DNA of 64,000 nt from Entomortierella parvispora E1425 (Eukaryota; Fungi; Mortierellomycota). The notes under the pieces are model-generated. The model worked only from the letters and a program-made list of their open reading frames with translations. It ran no database searches and had not been told where the DNA came from. Made by a program: the position numbers and the translations under genes. This document shows, piece by piece, positions 59,808 to 64,000 of this stretch (its first letter is position 1; each line of letters opens with the position of its first letter). The stretch lies in contig BQFW01000001.1 of NCBI GenBank assembly GCA_020891255.1, positions 496,001 to 560,000 on the forward strand, in the 5' to 3' direction.

Positions 59808-60803
59808 GAATAATCGCTTTAATAAACTTCCCCGTTCACGATGAATTGGAGAGTGGTCTCTGTTTCGAAAGTGCTGTTCTCGTTGAGGGAATGTGACTGG
59901 GACAGGTGTTGTTTTTGAGATTGAATCGTTGATGTTCGCTGTTTGACCAAAGGCCGCTACGGCAAAGTATCTGTGTCCAGTGGTTCCAAAGATCACCGAC
60001 CACCCAGCACCTCTGCACGCGTCAAAATGTCTCAGGCTGTCACGACTTTTTTTTTTTTTTTTTTTTGATGCTCAACCCATGGGTTGGCATACGGTCTACC
60101 TCTGCTTCATGCTGCATGACTCTTGTGATCAATGCCGCTACCTCGTCCGTCTTTTCATATCCTCTTTTAAGGATTTTTTGTGCTTCCCGTTTTCATCGTA
60201 GAGCGGCAATGATGACCATGAAGACAGTTTAGAGGTGCATGTGTACGCGAGCACTGGCAAAAAACGCGATGAGCTTCTTTAATTAATTAAGGGTGTACAT
60301 TAGTGACTGCCTCTCCAATTTCTTGTTTACATTTTCTTTTTTTCTTTTTTTGTCCTTTTGTCAGTTTATTTGCTTCTTTGCACCATTGTCTGTTTGCATT
60401 TGGCCATCACCTTCACCCCTCCGTCTTTCTTTCTCTTTTCTTGTGCATAACGAGAAATAACAGGTGCGTAGAGACTGAATTCCTCATGGACTAGACGGAT
60501 ATTGTCATCGCTTCTCTCTTTCCGCCTGCATGTGGACCAGCTCTAAAATGAAATAACGGAATGAAGCTAACATTGCCACCATTCAACCTCTTGCTCCTCT
60601 TCTCACTCCTGCCGCTCTCCTACTCACCCGACTCTTTCCTCTCGGGATACAACCAAATTGAAACCGCCCCAAACAATAACTCTCAGACTTGTCAACAATA
60701 CAATACCCCAAAGGAATATCATCGTCCCCCACCCCAACCCAATTTGGCTCTCTCGCCTCTAATAACCCGCTCTCAACACACAACCTCATAAAACGGGACA
60801 GCC

Positions 60804-62071
60804 ATGGTGGAAATCAACACAATCAAGAACAAGCTGAAGCGCGAGGAGCTCTATGCTAAGGAGAAGGCCGCCAAGGCCCGTTCAAAACGCGATCGTCGCA
60901 CGGCCCTGGCCAAGGAAGAGTCTTCGAACCCAGAAAAGAAGGAGAAGCGTTTGGCCGAGAATGTGCCCAACACACTGGAGAACACTCGTGAGTTTGATGA
61001 GACTATGGTGGACGAGGATGAAGAGGTCGCCGCGGACGAGGCTACGGATGAGTTTTCGAAATATTTCCAGAATGGGCTGACGCCCAAGATCCTGATCACC
61101 ACAAGCAAAGGACCCAGTGCTGTAAGTCTTGATCTCCTTTTTGGCCCTTTTTGCTTCCTCTTCTTGGGAAATGATAAAGAGAGGATAAGAGGAATCGACC
61201 CCAGGAGGAGAGGAAGGAGGTTCGGATGACTGATGGATGCCCTTTTTATTTTGACCCCCCAATAGTCCGTCTATGAGTTTGCTACAGAACTGGTGGATAT
61301 CTTCCCCAACACGCATTTCGTAAAACGCAAGCCTCAGTTTGAGATGAAGCACATCATTGAGTTCTCAAAGAACAGGGATTTCACGGATATCATGGTTATC
61401 AATGAGGACAGAAAGGAGCCCAGTAAGTCAGGATCCACTGCAGAACGTCTTTTTGCCAAGAGGGAGATCAACAATGATGTTCAACCTGTTCTAACCCTTG
61501 TGGAATTTGCCCTCTTTCATTTTAGATGGTTTGACGTTGATTCATTTGCCCGATGGACCCACGGCTCATTTCAAGTTGAGCTCGATTGCGCTGAGCAAGG
61601 ATATTGAGGGACATGGACGGACATCATCACACAAACCCGAGTTGATTCTTAACAACTTCAACACACGTTTGGGACACACGATCGGAAGGATGTTCACAGC
61701 CTTGTTCCCCCATGTGCCCGAGTTCCAGGGAAGACAGGTGGCAACACTTCATAACCAGCGCGACTTTATCTTCTTCAGGAGACATCGGTAATTCCCCCCC
61801 CCCCCCCCAACTCACAATGCCTCTGGGGACTTTTGAGACTTTTTTTTTTTTTTTTTTTTTTTTGGCAATTGGAAATACTGACCAACTATTTTTTTTCAAC
61901 GTTTCTAGTTATGTGTTCAAGAATGCAAAGCGTGTCAACTTGCAGGAACTGGGACCTCGATTCACCTTGAAGTTGAAGTGGCTCCAGAAGGGAACGTTTG
62001 ATCGCAAGGGAGAGCACGAATGGATGTTCAAGCCCGAGATGGAGACCAGTCGTCGCAAGTTCTTCTTGTAA
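60804..62071 (+). CDS. RPF1: Ribosome production factor 1 (Brix domain); exons 60804-61121, 61266-61422, 61526-61787, 61909-62071 (~299 aa)
   Basis: [68 protein letters not shown]; GT-AG introns in frame. Confidence 0.95.
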
Positions 62072-63820
62072 ACAAACAGAGAACGAAAACAATACTGCAT
62101 CTTGGCATCTCGCACCTTTCTTTACTTTTCATCATCCCTCTTTTGCATTGATATTGCCATCCCAAAAGAGAGACTACAAAAAAGAACCCTATTGCATTGT
62201 ACGCTCCTCTCTTTCTCATTTTTTTTTTATATCATCGATCTACACATCATACCTGTACCATAATCCTCTCATAAAATAAAACAGAAACAAACAAAAAAGC
62301 AGGACCAAGGTGAATTTGTGTATTTCAGTCAGGATGTGATGTGGTCAAAGGAAGGGTACTGCTAGCGAAGCGTTTTGAACAATGAAGTTGTTTGGACAAC
62401 CCTATTTTTTTTTTCACTCTGCTCTTGACATTTGTATGCGCAGGTGAAGGGGTGAAAGTTGTAGGATGTTATGTCCCCCTCCCACTTTATGTGCAGTGCG
62501 AGGGTGGACATGCACGCCCCCAAAAAAGTACTCCCGGGACGTAGCAGAGGGCGCAGATAAAATTTCAAGGGGACCGAGGACAAGGACAATAGCCTGCCAT
62601 CTTTCTTCGAGTCCAAGAGAATATTCTCTTGGGCACACAAGAAAGGAGGGCGGCTAATATATCAAGGATAACGGACCATGCAGTGGCTGGGCGTTACAAA
62701 CTGAGAGCACCATTTAATCCTCTTGTGTCAGTTCTGTTACTACTACGAAGATATTGGTCGAAAGGAGTACGACCAAGCGCAGGCTTTTCCTCATTTTTCA
62801 GCGGTCGTCTTCGACTACGATCCTTGCCATTGATCTTCTATAGGCCATACCTGATCCAAGGACTGCTGAAATACTTTCGAACCCCACGACATATCTCAAC
62901 CGTCTCATCCCGTGTCCAACAATACGCTGCTATTTCTCGACATTTGTTCTCCTGTTGCCCATGCGAAGGAAAATCTCGATCATAATCAGACAAATGTGGA
63001 TTGGTCAGTGCAGCTTGGATCTTGCTCGTCCTAGTATAAACTTCAAAAAAAACCTAGGATCATTGAGAGTTATATCGTCATCAGTCTTCACGGTCCAAGG
63101 CGATTCGACCATCGCACGATGGCGCTTGATCCAGGAGTGCCGCAGCCCAGTCTCAGGTGGGAAGTACATAGACCATATTTCCAGTGCAACTGAGACGCGA
63201 GTCCCGAGATGGCGCAGTTGTATCCTGTGTCTACGACATGGAATGACATCTCGGCATTGAATGGTCGACGAAATTGCCTCCTTGCATGAACAATGGATGC
63301 TTTGCATGGCACATGCGCCGGTCTCGGGTCGTGAATCTGATACATCTCAAGCACTTCTTCCCATCGAGTCCTGCATTTAGCTGCCCTTCTGCATGCGTCT
63401 CGCCGAGCAATCTACAGGATCAAACATGTAAGAATCTCGAATGGATGGTGCAGACATTGAGTGACGTGCAAGCGGACCTTAACCTGGCACATACCGCGAG
63501 GGAGACTTGCAAGGGCATCCACCCGATAACCAACCTCGGGGGGATCTGCGGAGAAGGGGGGGGGGGGACAGAGAGAGGACACAAAGAGAGTAACGATGGA
63601 ACAATGGGGGGCGCGTGTCCCTCCCTGAAGGGATGAAAATCAACGACCGCGACCAGGCGCAGGCACGGACCGCTTCTGTTCGCGAGATATGGTTGGGTGG
63701 CTTGTTGGTTGAGACACGGATTCCCTCTCTTTTTTTTTGTTGTCTTGTCTGACCACGTTGTATTTCTCGACGTTCTTCCCTTCCACCTCACGTAATCCTC
63801 TTCTTGACGTCCAAATAAAC

Positions 63821-64000
63821 ATGTCTCACAAGCTCATCTTCGTCGTCTTTGGTGCCACCGGCAACCAAGGTGGAAGCGTCGTCGACACTTTTCTACAAGA
63901 CCCCGAGCTCGCCAACAAGTATCACATCCGCGCTGTCACGCGTGACATCAACAAACCCGAGGCCAAGGCCCTCCAGAGCAAAGGTGCTGAAGTGGTCCAG
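63821..64000 (+). CDS. NmrA-like / atypical SDR NAD(P)-binding protein, 5' part (runs off window end)
   Basis: MSHKLIFVVFGATGNQGGSVV...IRAVTRDINKPEAKALQSKGAEVVQ. Confidence 0.9.
   Translation, partial: MSHKLIFVVFGATGNQGGSVVDTFLQDPELANKYHIRAVTRDINKPEAKALQSKGAEVVQ

Noticed and set aside
60561-60791. 76-aa ORF with a hydrophobic N-terminus upstream of RPF1
   Set aside because: Lies in the CT-rich promoter/5' leader of RPF1; likely spurious
1-64000. tRNA, rRNA, snRNA genes, CRISPR arrays, telomeric repeats
   Set aside because: None recognised by eye; a covariance-model scan would be needed to exclude small RNAs

Overview
Eukaryotic (fungal) genomic DNA with short GT-AG introns; the gene content (Crinkler effectors, Arm-like/NACHT/HEAT NLR-like gene) points to Mortierellaceae or a related early-diverging fungus (inference). 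Roughly 1-41 kb is a repeat/effector island. It holds a ~2.5-kb foldback structure, two near-identical Crinkler (CRN; NTPase+REase) gene copies, and between them a nest of transposons: an IS630-Tc1-mariner transposase with an unusual DD131E spacing, a Ty3/Gypsy fragment, and a decayed L1/Tx1-like LINE interrupted by a ~190-bp insert that is itself interrupted by an 8.6-kb full-length LINE with 17-bp TSD. The island also has a 440-bp hAT deletion derivative with a perfect 8-bp TSD, three decayed fragments of the condensin kleisin (Brn1/Cnd2/CAP-H) C-terminus, and a frameshifted NACHT-HEAT gene. The right part (42-64 kb) holds ordinary genes (pepsin-like aspartic protease with putative GPI tail, PASK/PIM-like kinase, RPF1, NmrA-like) interspersed with a PD-(D/E)xK nuclease-like ORF, a small secreted Cys-rich peptide ORF and a MYND-like remnant. 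All assignments come from motif recognition by eye; no database searches were run.
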